NCBI GenBank assembly: GCA_016197205.1
Contig: JACPWG010000100.1
Coordinates: forward strand, 8,250 to 72,249
Direction: 5' to 3'
Source of the DNA: Planctomycetota bacterium
Lineage (GTDB): Bacteria; Planctomycetota; MHYJ01; WSZJ01; JACPWG01
Length of the DNA: 64,000 nt
Numbering within the stretch: the stretch's first letter is position 1; each line of letters begins with the position of its first letter. Of the stretch, positions 42,189-51,227 are shown piece after piece. The notes under the pieces are model-generated. The model was not told the origin of the DNA. It worked only from the letters and a program-made list of their open reading frames with translations, and made no database searches. Both the position numbers and the translations under genes were made by a program.

Positions 42189-42704
42189 GGCCCCGTAAGA
42201 AAATAACTCGCTCGTTTGACGCGCAGGAGGGCGACATGAATTCTCGTAACCGTTCACGGGGAGGTACGCGTTACCACAGAGGCACGAGGAGGTTGACATG
42301 TCGATTCGGGGATCTGGCGACTTCTTTTTGACAGGATAACGGGATCAACAGGACCTTCCAATGCGTATCCCGTTGATCCTGTGATCCTGTCAGAAAGAAA
42401 TCCGACGCCATTGCGTGTGGAAAATCCGGTGGTCGCAAAGCCGGGGAAGATCCGCCGTGAGGCCTCCGTTTCCCCGTCCTCCCGTGGTGAACGGTTACGA
42501 ATTCTCAATGCTCAATTTTTAAGACTCAGACAAGGCTCAAGGTTCAATTCTCAATGACCACCATGGAACGTAGCCCGGGCAAGGAATCGCGGACTCTGAG
42601 CCTTGAACTTTGAGCCTTGTCTGAAAATTGAGCATTGAGCCTTGAGCCTTTTCCTGATGAGCTCCCTGGTTTCCGAGCTGCAGGAGTTGTTTCTTTACGG
42701 GCCC
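42189..42704. mobile_element. MITE with GG(G/C)CCCGTAA TIRs, interrupted by nested element
   Basis: Left GGCCCCGTAAGAAAATAAC, right GTTGTTTCTTTACGGGCCC; uninterrupted copy at 52328-52582. Confidence 0.85.
42246..42498. mobile_element. Nested 253-bp MITE, IS66-like ends
   Basis: Perfect 12-bp TIR GTAACCGTTCAC; 8-bp direct repeat GAATTCTC at 42238-42245 and 42499-42506. Confidence 0.9.
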
Positions 42705-42770
42705 TAAGGTAAACACCTGAGGCCCGCTCCTCGTCCCTCGTCCCTCGTTCCCCGTTCCCAGGAGGCGTTC

Positions 42771-45700
42771 GTGAGCGTGAAGCGCGAGGACTTCGTCCAC
42801 CTGCACCTCCACAGCCACTACAGCCTCCTCGACGGCGCTGCGAAGGTCGACGAGATCGTTGAGACCGTGAAGAAGCACGGGATGCACGCGGTCGCGCTCA
42901 CCGACCACGGGAATCTCTTCGGCGCGATCGAGTTCTACCAGAAGGCCCTCAAGGCCGGCGTCAAGCCCATCCTCGGCATCGAGGCCTACATCGCGCCCGG
43001 CAAGCATACCGACAAGCGACAACTGCCCGGGCACGAAGGCAACTACCACCTCACCCTCCTCGTCCGGAACGAGCGCGGCTACAAGAACCTGCTCAAGCTC
43101 ACCACCACGGCCTACCGCGAGGGCTACTACTACAAGCCGCGCATGGACAAGGAACTCCTCGCCCGACACAGCGACGGGCTCCTCGCCCTCTCCGGCTGCC
43201 TCAACTCCGAGGTCTCCAAGGCCCTCCTCGCCGACGACGAAAAGCGCGCGACCGCGCTCGCCGAGGAGTACCGCTCGATCTTCGGGAAGGAGAACTTCTT
43301 CCTCGAGGTCATGAACCACAACATGCCCGAGCAGGACAAGGCGACGCGCGGCACGGTGAGGCTCGCCAAGCTGCTCGACATCCCGCTCGTCGCCACCAAC
43401 GACAGCCACTACGTCACGCGCGCGGACGCCGAAGCACAGGACGCCCTCCTCTGCATCGCGACCGGCAAGCTGGTCTCGGACGGCGACCGGATGAAGTTCC
43501 CCACCCAAGAATTCTACATCAAGTCCGCCGACGAGATGCGCGCGGCCTTCCCCGAGTTCCCCGAGGCGATCGCGAACACGATGCGCGTGGCCGAACGCTG
43601 CCACCTCGAGCTCAAGTTCGGCGAGATGCACCTCCCCCGCTTCGAGCCGCCCCCCGGCCAGACCCCTCACGGCTACCTCACGCAACTCTGCCGCGAAGGA
43701 CTCGCGCGCCGCTACAGCCCCGTGGCCGACGCCATCCTCGCCCGCCTCGCGTACGAACTGGAAGTGATCGAGAAGATGGGCTTCTCAAGCTACTTCCTCA
43801 TCGTGTGGGACTTCATCCGGTTCGGGCGCGAAAGCGGCGTACCGGTCGGGCCCGGGCGCGGCTCCGCCGCCGGCAGCCTCGTCGCCTTCGCCCTCGGCAT
43901 CACCAACATCGACCCGCTTCGGTACGACCTGCTGTTCGAGCGCTTCCTCAACCTCGGCCGCAAGGAAATGCCGGACATCGACATCGACTTCTGCCAGGAG
44001 AAACGCGAGCGCGTCATCGAGTACGTCCGCGACAAGTACGGCAAGGACAACGTCTCCCAGATCATCACCTTCGGCACGCTCAAGGCGCGCGCGGCCGTCC
44101 GCGACGCGGGCCGCGTGCTCGGCATCCCGCTCGCCCAGGTGGACCTGATCGCAAAAAAAATCCCGGCCGCGCTCGATATGACCGTGCAGAAGGCCCTCCA
44201 CGACGAGGCCGAGCTGCGCGACATGTGCGCGAAGGAACCGGCGGTCCAGAAGCTCTTCGACATTTCGCGCAGGCTCGAGGGGCTCTGCCGCCACGCCTCG
44301 AAGCACGCGGCCGGGGTCGTCATCTCCGACCAGCCCCTGCCGGAGATCGTTCCGCTCTACGTGAACGACGGCGAAGAGACCACCCAGTACGGCATGGAGG
44401 CGCTGGGCCAGCTCGGTCTGCTCAAGATGGACTTCCTGGGGCTCAACACGCTCACGATCCTCGATCGGGCGCTCCGGCTCGTGAAGGCCGTGCGCGGAGT
44501 CGACGTGGATCTGGAAAAAATCCCGCTCGACGACAAGCGGACCTACGAGATGCTCTCCGGCGGGGAGTCGTCGGCGGTGTTCCAGCTCGAATCCGGCGGA
44601 ATGCGCGACCTCCTGATGAAGATGCGGCCGAACACCTTCGAGGACATCATCGCCATCCTCGCGCTCTTCCGGCCGGGCCCGCTCCAGAGCGGCATGGTCG
44701 ACAGCTACGTCCGGTGCAAGCACGGGCTGGAGAAGATCCAGTACCTGCACCCGAAGCTCGAACCGATCCTGAAGGAGACGAACGGGGTGATCCTCTACCA
44801 GGAACAGGTGATGAGGATCGCCAACGTCCTCGGCGGCTTGACGCTGACCGAGGCCGACGGGCTCCGGAAGGCGATGGGCAAAAAAAAACCCGAGATCCTC
44901 GCGAAGTACCGCGAGCAGTTCGTGAAGGGGGCCGTGAAGAACGGCGTGCCCGAGCAGATCGGCGGCGAGATCTTCACGCTCATGGAGCACTTCGCCGGCT
45001 ACGGCTTCAACAAGTCCCACTCCGCGGCGTACGCGCTGGTCAGCTATCAGAACGCCTACATGAAGGCGAACTTCCCGACCGAGCTCATGGCCGCCTACAT
45101 GTCCTGCGAAATGGAAAAGACGGACAAGATCGTCGAATACATGGACGAGTGCCGGCGCCTCGGGATCGCGGTCCTGCCGCCGGACGTCAACGAGAGCGAC
45201 CGCGACTTCACGGTGGTCGGCGGCAAGATCCGGTTCGGCCTGGGCGCCGTCAAGGGGGTCGGCGACCGCTCGATCGAGGCGATTCGCGACGCGCGCACGA
45301 AAGTCGGGCGTTTCCGCTCGCTCTTCCAGTTCTGCGAAGAGGTGGAACTGACGTCGCTGAACAGCGGCGTGATGGAGTGCCTGGTGAAGTGCGGTGCATT
45401 CGACTCGCTGGGCGCGCGGCGGGCCCAGTTGGCGGCGGCGATCGACTCGGCGATGCGGCTTGGGTCGTCCTCGCAGGAGGACCGCCGCGTGGGGCAGGCG
45501 AGCCTCTTCGGGGCGCCGGCGCGCGGGAAGGGGGGCGCCGGGGCCGCGGTGCAGGAAGTCGAACCCGTGCTCCCTCAGGTGCCGGACTGGCCGGAGGAGG
45601 AGCAGCTCACGTACGAGAAGGAATCGCTCGGGTTCTACGTGACGGGACATCCCCTTGCGAAGCACGCGGAGTGCCTGAAGCTCTACAGCACGGTGACCAT

Positions 45701-46268
45701 CAAGGAGCTGCCGGAGCTGGCGGAGCGGATGAAGGACCGGACCCCGGACGGCATGGACGTCACCGTGGGCGGGATGATGACCGGCGTGGTCGCCTCGATC
45801 ATCAAGAACGGGGCGAGCAAGGGCCAGAAGATGTTCAAGTTCAAGGTCCGCTCCCTCGACGGCGCGATCGAGGGGGTGGTCTTCCCGAAGCAGGTCGAGG
45901 CGCTGAAGGACTACGTGAAGGAGGCGAACATCGGCTTCTTCCGCGGCAAGGTCGACTTCCGGAGGGAGGAGCCGTCGCTGCGGCTGAGCGAGTTCATCCC
46001 GATCGAGCGTGCGCGGGAGGCGCTGACCGGGACGCTGACGATCTCCATGAAGGCGATGGGGATGGACGAGGCGGTCCTGGACGCGCTGCGGGACGTCCTG
46101 CTCGAGCACCCGGGTCAGACAAGCGTGCTGCTCGAGATCACGGCGTCGAACGGGATGCGGGTGTCGCTGCGAACGGGGTCGAGCTTCCTGGTGTCGCCGT
46201 CCGACCGGTTCGTGCGGGACGTCGAGGACCTACTGGGGAAGTCGTGTCTGCGGTTCACGCGGAAGTAG
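42771..46268 (+). CDS. dnaE: DNA polymerase III alpha subunit
   Basis: PHP HLHLHSHYSLLDG, GRGSAAGS, PDIDIDF, GLLKMDFLGL, FNKSHS; no intein. Confidence 0.98.
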   Translation: MSVKREDFVHLHLHSHYSLLDGAAKVDEIVETVKKHGMHAVALTDHGNLFGAIEFYQKALKAGVKPILGIEAYIAPGKHTDKRQLPGHEGNYHLTLLVRNERGYKNLLKLTTTAYREGYYYKPRMDKELLARHSDGLLALSGCLNSEVSKALLADDEKRATALAEEYRSIFGKENFFLEVMNHNMPEQDKATRGTVRLAKLLDIPLVATNDSHYVTRADAEAQDALLCIATGKLVSDGDRMKFPTQEFYIKSADEMRAAFPEFPEAIANTMRVAERCHLELKFGEMHLPRFEPPPGQTPHGYLTQLCREGLARRYSPVADAILARLAYELEVIEKMGFSSYFLIVWDFIRFGRESGVPVGPGRGSAAGSLVAFALGITNIDPLRYDLLFERFLNLGRKEMPDIDIDFCQEKRERVIEYVRDKYGKDNVSQIITFGTLKARAAVRDAGRVLGIPLAQVDLIAKKIPAALDMTVQKALHDEAELRDMCAKEPAVQKLFDISRRLEGLCRHASKHAAGVVISDQPLPEIVPLYVNDGEETTQYGMEALGQLGLLKMDFLGLNTLTILDRALRLVKAVRGVDVDLEKIPLDDKRTYEMLSGGESSAVFQLESGGMRDLLMKMRPNTFEDIIAILALFRPGPLQSGMVDSYVRCKHGLEKIQYLHPKLEPILKETNGVILYQEQVMRIANVLGGLTLTEADGLRKAMGKKKPEILAKYREQFVKGAVKNGVPEQIGGEIFTLMEHFAGYGFNKSHSAAYALVSYQNAYMKANFPTELMAAYMSCEMEKTDKIVEYMDECRRLGIAVLPPDVNESDRDFTVVGGKIRFGLGAVKGVGDRSIEAIRDARTKVGRFRSLFQFCEEVELTSLNSGVMECLVKCGAFDSLGARRAQLAAAIDSAMRLGSSSQEDRRVGQASLFGAPARGKGGAGAAVQEVEPVLPQVPDWPEEEQLTYEKESLGFYVTGHPLAKHAECLKLYSTVTIKELPELAERMKDRTPDGMDVTVGGMMTGVVASIIKNGASKGQKMFKFKVRSLDGAIEGVVFPKQVEALKDYVKEANIGFFRGKVDFRREEPSLRLSEFIPIERAREALTGTLTISMKAMGMDEAVLDALRDVLLEHPGQTSVLLEITASNGMRVSLRTGSSFLVSPSDRFVRDVEDLLGKSCLRFTRK

Positions 46269-46602
46269 GGGCCCACCGCGCGCGAACCGTCTTTGCGAGG
46301 TCGAACCTGCGGGGGTGGTTGAACGCGCGGAGACCGCTCCCTCACGGTCGCGGTTCGGATTCCGCTGCCGCGGGCCGAGCGGCGTTGTGGTGCAGGGCTT
46401 CCGCCCTGCACCGGGCCACTCACGATGCCGGCGCCAGGGGCCCACCGCGCGCGAATCGTCCTTGCGAGGTCGAAACTGCGGGGGTGTTTGAACGCGCGGA
46501 GACCGCTCCCTGACGGTCGCGGTTCGGATTCCGCTGCCGCGGGCCGAGCGGTATTGTGGTGCAGGGCTTCCGCCCTGCACCGGGCCACTCACGATGCCGG
46601 CG
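46267..46602. repeat. Two 169-bp tandem direct repeats, each with two different REP palindromes (BIME-like)
   Basis: Units start 46267 and 46436; CCGCTCCCT(C/G)ACGGTCGCGGTTCGG and GGTGCAGGGCTTCCGCCCTGCACC. Confidence 0.92.
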
Positions 46603-46635
46603 TAGCGCCTGTACCCGCCTCCACGGGAGATCGCC

Positions 46636-47385
46636 ATGGACCCGCTCGACCCCACCACTGCGCTCACGCGCCGTCAGATGACCGCCGTCGACAAGCTGGC
46701 AACGGCACGCCTCGGCATGCCCTCGCTCCTCCTCATGGAGAACGCGGGGCGCGGGATCGCGGACGTGGTGCGGGCCATCGCCGGCGCGGGTCCGGGCCGG
46801 CCGCCGCTCATCCTCGTCGTGTGCGGTCACGGGAACAACGGGGGGGACGGGTACGTCGTCGCCCGCCGCTTGCTGCTCCACGGCGATAGCGTGCGCGTCC
46901 TCGTCGTCGGCCGGGAGGACGAGATCCGCGGCCGCGGTGACGCGGGCGTGAATCTCGAGATCGCGGCGCGCATAGGCGTGCCGATCGAGTTCACCGACAG
47001 GATGGACCGGCGCGACGTGGAGGCGCGGATCGCCTCCGCGTGGTTCCTCGTGGACGCGCTCTTCGGCACCGGCCTCTCGCGCCCGGTCGAGGGGATGGCG
47101 AAGGACGTGATCGGCTGGATGAACCAACGCGGCCGGTCCGTGCCGATCGTCGCGGTGGACATCCCGTCGGGCCTTGACTGCGACACGGGCGAGGTCCTCG
47201 GCGACGCCGTCCGCGCGGTCGTGACCGTCACGGTGGCCGCTCCGAAAACGGGTTTTTTCCGTGGCGAGGGGCCGCGTCTGGTCGGTGAACTGCGACTCGT
47301 CGATTTCGGCGTCCCGCTCGGCCCGCTGCGCGCCGCGCTCGCGGAGTCGCCGGAGGGGCGGGCCGACCAGAGATTTGAGATTTGA
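46636..47385 (+). CDS. nnrE: NAD(P)H-hydrate epimerase (stand-alone YjeF_N)
   Basis: LMENAG, CGHGNNGGDG, DALFGTGL, AVDIPSG. Confidence 0.93.
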   Translation: MDPLDPTTALTRRQMTAVDKLATARLGMPSLLLMENAGRGIADVVRAIAGAGPGRPPLILVVCGHGNNGGDGYVVARRLLLHGDSVRVLVVGREDEIRGRGDAGVNLEIAARIGVPIEFTDRMDRRDVEARIASAWFLVDALFGTGLSRPVEGMAKDVIGWMNQRGRSVPIVAVDIPSGLDCDTGEVLGDAVRAVVTVTVAAPKTGFFRGEGPRLVGELRLVDFGVPLGPLRAALAESPEGRADQRFEI

Positions 47386-47413
47386 GATTTTGCAATTTGA
47401 ATTTTGAGATTCG
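47370..47413. repeat. Degenerate (GATTTGA) heptamer array overlapping nnrE stop
   Basis: AGATTTGAGATTTGAGATTTTGCAATTTGAATTTTGAGATTCG. Confidence 0.85.
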
Positions 47414-47599
47414 ATCCGCTCCTCTCCTTCGCACTGTCCCAGCTCGATCTCGGATCGCTCGCGAGGACCGTCCAACAAGTCGCGCCCCCAGCCGGTTCCG
47501 CCCTATCCGCCTCATCCGCTAACTTCGCCCGCTCTCCCGGCTCCGCTTGTTCTCCTGGGTCGTGGACACTTCAACACTCGGCAAGGAGGGAGGCCACTC

Positions 47600-48721
47600 A
47601 TGCCCCGCAAGCTGCTCTTGCTTTCCGCCTCGTCGGGCGCCGGCCACAACCGCGCCGCGGAGGCCCTGCGCGAGGCCGCCAAGGAGCTCTTCCCCGACGT
47701 CGAGGTCCACTATCACGACACGCTGGAATTCACCGGCAAGCTCTTCGCCAAGCTTTATCCGAAGTCCTACCTCGTCGCGGTCAACAAGATGCCGGCCCTC
47801 TGGGGCTATTTCTACGCGAAGACCGACCGGTGGTCGGACAAGGGGCTCGGAGGCCGAGCGATCGACGCCTTCGATCAGCGCAACGCGCGCAAGCTCGCGA
47901 ACTTCGTCCACGACCTCAACCCCGACCACGTCATCTGCACGCACTTCCTGCCGATGGACCTGCTCTTGACCAAGCGGGGCCGGACGAAATACAACCATCC
48001 GCTCTCCGTCGTCGTCACCGACTACGACGTCCACAAGTTCTGGGTGCACGACGGCGTGGACCGGTACTTTGTGGCCACCGACGAGGTCAAGTGGCAGCTC
48101 CAGCGAAAGGGCACCCCGGAGAAGCAGATCCGCGTGTGCGGGATCCCGATCCACCCGGTCTTCTCGAAGAAGCCCGACCGGGCCGAGGTCGCCGCGCGCC
48201 TGGGCATCCGAAGCGACCTGCCGACGGTGCTCGTCCTGTCCGGCGGCTTCGGGATCGGGCACATCGAACGGGTCGTGGCGGACCTGGCGCGGCTGCCGGC
48301 GGAGCTGCAGCTCGTCGTGATCGCGGGCAGGAACGAGAAGCTGCGCCAGGAGGTCCAGGCAGTCGAGACTCCGCCGACCGTCGCGAAGAAGGTATTCGGC
48401 TTCGTGACGAACATCCAGGACTTCTACGCCTCGGCGGACCTCGCCGTCACGAAGTCCGGCGGGCTGACGGTCTCGGAGTGCCTGGCGATGGGGCTGCCGA
48501 TGGTGATCTTCGCGCCGATCCCCGGGCAGGAGGAGCGAAACTGCGACTACCTGCTGGAGCAGGGGGCGGCGGTGAAGGCGAAGGATCTGGCGACGTTGGA
48601 GTGGAAAGTGCTATCGCTCCTGCGGGACCCGGCAGCGCGGTTGCGGATGGCCGAGCGCGCGGCCGCGACGGCGCGCGCGCGGGCGGCGCACGACATCTTG
48701 AAGGACGTGCTCGGAGGGTGA
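47600..48721 (+). CDS. MGDG-synthase/UgtP-like GT28 glycosyltransferase
   Basis: GAGHNRAAEA, CTHFLP, VTDY..H..W, GIPI, KSGGLTVSE, PIPGQEERN. Confidence 0.92.
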   Translation: MPRKLLLLSASSGAGHNRAAEALREAAKELFPDVEVHYHDTLEFTGKLFAKLYPKSYLVAVNKMPALWGYFYAKTDRWSDKGLGGRAIDAFDQRNARKLANFVHDLNPDHVICTHFLPMDLLLTKRGRTKYNHPLSVVVTDYDVHKFWVHDGVDRYFVATDEVKWQLQRKGTPEKQIRVCGIPIHPVFSKKPDRAEVAARLGIRSDLPTVLVLSGGFGIGHIERVVADLARLPAELQLVVIAGRNEKLRQEVQAVETPPTVAKKVFGFVTNIQDFYASADLAVTKSGGLTVSECLAMGLPMVIFAPIPGQEERNCDYLLEQGAAVKAKDLATLEWKVLSLLRDPAARLRMAERAAATARARAAHDILKDVLGG

Positions 48722-48742
48722 GCGCGGGCGGGGGCGAGAGGC

Positions 48743-48873
48743 GTGGTGCGCCGGCAACTTTCGAACCCCGTCGGCCCCACGGGTTGGGCGAAGCGTCGCC
48801 CGTGCGGCGGGTCGCGCGGGCCGGAGGCCCGCGCCCCCAGGCATGGTGTCTGAACTTCGTCAACGCGGCACGA
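48743..48873. mobile_element. Diverged reverse copy of the 7969/31641 MITE
   Basis: GCGGGCCGGAGGCCCGCGCCCCCAGGCAT..GAACTTCGTCAACG. Confidence 0.65.
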
Positions 48874-49005
48874 GGAACGGGCCCTTGAGGGTTTGGGGGG
48901 TACCCTCGGGCGTGTGGAGCGGCGCGGACAGCCAAAGCGTTGACAGCCCCTCGCGCCTGCTGCTAGGATTCCCTTCGCTCTCTGGCCCCCGCGCGCGCGG
49001 AGAGT

Positions 49006-49043
49006 CCCCCTCTCCCGCGAAGCGGGTGAGGGCTGGGGTGAGG
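49006..49043. repeat. REP-like hairpin CCCCCTCTCCCGCGAAGCGGGTGAGGGCTGGGGTGAGGG
   Basis: Common REP-type palindrome; related degenerate copy at about 17181-17263. Confidence 0.6.
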
Positions 49044-49115
49044 GCCCAAACCAGAGCAGCCCCACCCCTCTCTCGACGGACCTCGTTCCCCGCAGGCATC
49101 GGAGACACGCGCCTC

Positions 49116-51008
49116 TTGTTCCGAACGATCCTTGATCGCCTGCGGGGTCGGTGGCACGGCTCGGACGTCGCGGTCCTTCTCGGACTTGTCGCGTTCGTTG
49201 CGAGCGCGCTCCTGGTCGCGTGCCGCTGGTTCGCCGACTACACGCCGGCCGTCGAGATCCGGCTCTCCCCGCTTGCCCTCCCCGGCTACGCGCTTCTCTC
49301 CCTCAGCCGGGCCCTGGTCTCCTACGTCATCTGCATCGGCTTCGCGCTCCTCACGGCCTACGCGTCGGCCCACAGCGCGCGTGTGGAGCGGATCCTGATC
49401 CCGCTCCTCGACGTGGGGCAGTCCCTGCCGATCCTCGCCTTCATGCCTGGCTTCGTGCTCGCGCTCATCGCCCTCTTCCCCCATTCAAACGTCGGGCTCG
49501 AGCTGACGAGCGTCCTCATGCTCTTCACCTGCCAGGCGTGGAACCTCTGCTTCGGCTTCTACTATTCGCTCCGGGCCGTTCCGCACGAGCTGCGCGAAGT
49601 CGCGGACGTGTATCGCGCGGGTAGGTGGCGCACGTTCAGGTGCCTCGAGCTGCCGTCCGGCGTGCTGCCACTGGTGTGGAACAGCGTCCTCTCGGTCGCC
49701 GGCGGCTGGTTCTTCCTCGAGGTCTGCGAGAACTTCAAACTGGGCTCGCGACATTTCCGGCTGCCGGGCCTCGGGGCCTATCTCGGCGAGGCGGAGCGGA
49801 GGAAGGACGTGGCCGCGGTCCTGCTCGCGATCGGCGCGATGGGGCTGATCGTGCTCGCGCTCGACCTGCTCCTCTGGCGCCCGCTCATCGTGTGGGCCCA
49901 GCGCTTCAAGCTGGAGGAGTCGGGGGCGGAGGACCTGCCGCGGTCGAAGGTCCTGGATTGGTTCCGCGAATCGAAGGTGATGTTGCCGGCGGTCGTGGCG
50001 GCCGTCCGCGGGCTCGTGGGGGCCGTGGACGCGGCATTCGTGCGCGCCTCGCACGCGGCGGCCGCGGCGACCGCAGCGGCCCGGCTGGACGAGCACGCGG
50101 CGGCGCTCACCAAGCTGCTCGACCGCTTCGGCGCGGCCGCGACGTCGGTGGCCGGCGCGCTCGTAACGCACCGTGCGATCGCGCCCGCGGCCCGACGGCT
50201 CTCGCTCGCGGTGACGCGCCTGGCCGCGCCCGGAGGCGGGCAGCGCCTGCTCCTGGCCGCGCGCGGGACCCTTCGCCGCACGGTCTTCGGCGGCGCCGCC
50301 GCCGTCGGACTCGCGGCCGGCGCCTGGCTGCTCGCTCTGCTCTGCCGGCTGGAGCTGGCGGACTGGGGGCGGGTCATCCTTTATTCGCTGTACACCCTCG
50401 GGCGGGTGCTGGCGGCCGTCGGGGTCGCAACGCTTTGGACGGTCCCGGTCGGCGTCGCGATCGGTTCGAGCCCGCGACTCGCGCGCGTGCTGCAGCCGAT
50501 GGTGCAGTTCCTCACCTCGTTCCCCGCCTCCATGCTCTTCCCCTTGGCGAGCGCCCTCTTCCTGGAGGCCGGTGGGAGCCTGAACATCCTGTCGGTCCTC
50601 CTCATGATCCTCGGCGGCCAGTGGTACATCCTCTTCAACATCGTCTCAGGCGCCATGGCGATCCCCGCGGACCTGCGGGTCGCGGCCGACGTCTACCGCC
50701 TGCAAGGGTGGCGGCGATGGAAAGCGCTCATCCTCCCCGCGATCTTCCCGAGCCTCGTCACCGGCTGGGTCACGGCCGCGGGCGGTTCCTGGAACGCGTC
50801 GATCATCACGGAGTACTTCGAGTACGGAAACGAAGTGCACAAGACGAAGGGACTCGGCGCGCTCATCACGCAATCGGCGACCGAGGCGAACTACCCCCTC
50901 CTCGCCGCCAGTTCCCTCACCATGGCGCTGGTCGTGGTCGCCATGAACCGCGTCTTCTGGCTGCGCGTCACGCAGTACGCCGAGAGGCGGTACTCGCTTA
51001 CCGCCTGA
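49116..51008 (+). CDS. ABC transporter fused double permease (NitT/TauT type); start approximate
   Basis: Two BPD_transp_1 halves: LDVGQSLPILAF..QAWN..GGWFFL; QFLTSFPA..QWYILFN..GGSWNASI. Confidence 0.9.
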   Translation: MFRTILDRLRGRWHGSDVAVLLGLVAFVASALLVACRWFADYTPAVEIRLSPLALPGYALLSLSRALVSYVICIGFALLTAYASAHSARVERILIPLLDVGQSLPILAFMPGFVLALIALFPHSNVGLELTSVLMLFTCQAWNLCFGFYYSLRAVPHELREVADVYRAGRWRTFRCLELPSGVLPLVWNSVLSVAGGWFFLEVCENFKLGSRHFRLPGLGAYLGEAERRKDVAAVLLAIGAMGLIVLALDLLLWRPLIVWAQRFKLEESGAEDLPRSKVLDWFRESKVMLPAVVAAVRGLVGAVDAAFVRASHAAAAATAAARLDEHAAALTKLLDRFGAAATSVAGALVTHRAIAPAARRLSLAVTRLAAPGGGQRLLLAARGTLRRTVFGGAAAVGLAAGAWLLALLCRLELADWGRVILYSLYTLGRVLAAVGVATLWTVPVGVAIGSSPRLARVLQPMVQFLTSFPASMLFPLASALFLEAGGSLNILSVLLMILGGQWYILFNIVSGAMAIPADLRVAADVYRLQGWRRWKALILPAIFPSLVTGWVTAAGGSWNASIITEYFEYGNEVHKTKGLGALITQSATEANYPLLAASSLTMALVVVAMNRVFWLRVTQYAERRYSLTA

Positions 51009-51022
51009 CGCGCTCGAAAACA

Positions 51023-51227
51023 AAACAACAACCCGAACTGAGGCTCAACTTGACCGACGGCGGCAAATGGCTAGATCATGGCACCGCGTCCCAGCTAGAC
51101 GCGGGCGAAATTTGAGATTTGAAATTTGACTTTTTGCAATTTGAAATTCGACCCGGCCGCGTGGGGCGAATGCGAGACTTTTACACAGAGACGCGGAGAC
51201 GCAGAGGCCGGGCGCTGAGTCCACCGC
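51023..51227. repeat. Copy of 24363-24567 module
   Basis: Near-identical over about 200 bp. Confidence 0.9.

Noticed and set aside
42771-46268. Intein in DnaE
   Set aside because: Normal length; motifs contiguous
43785-46513. Long alternative-frame ORFs (774 aa, 902 aa) over dnaE and similar ones elsewhere
   Set aside because: Expected shadows in high-GC3 DNA; Arg/Pro/Gly-rich with no motifs
46267-46602. Possible CRISPR mini-array
   Set aside because: Whole 169-bp unit is duplicated; intervening sequences are not unique
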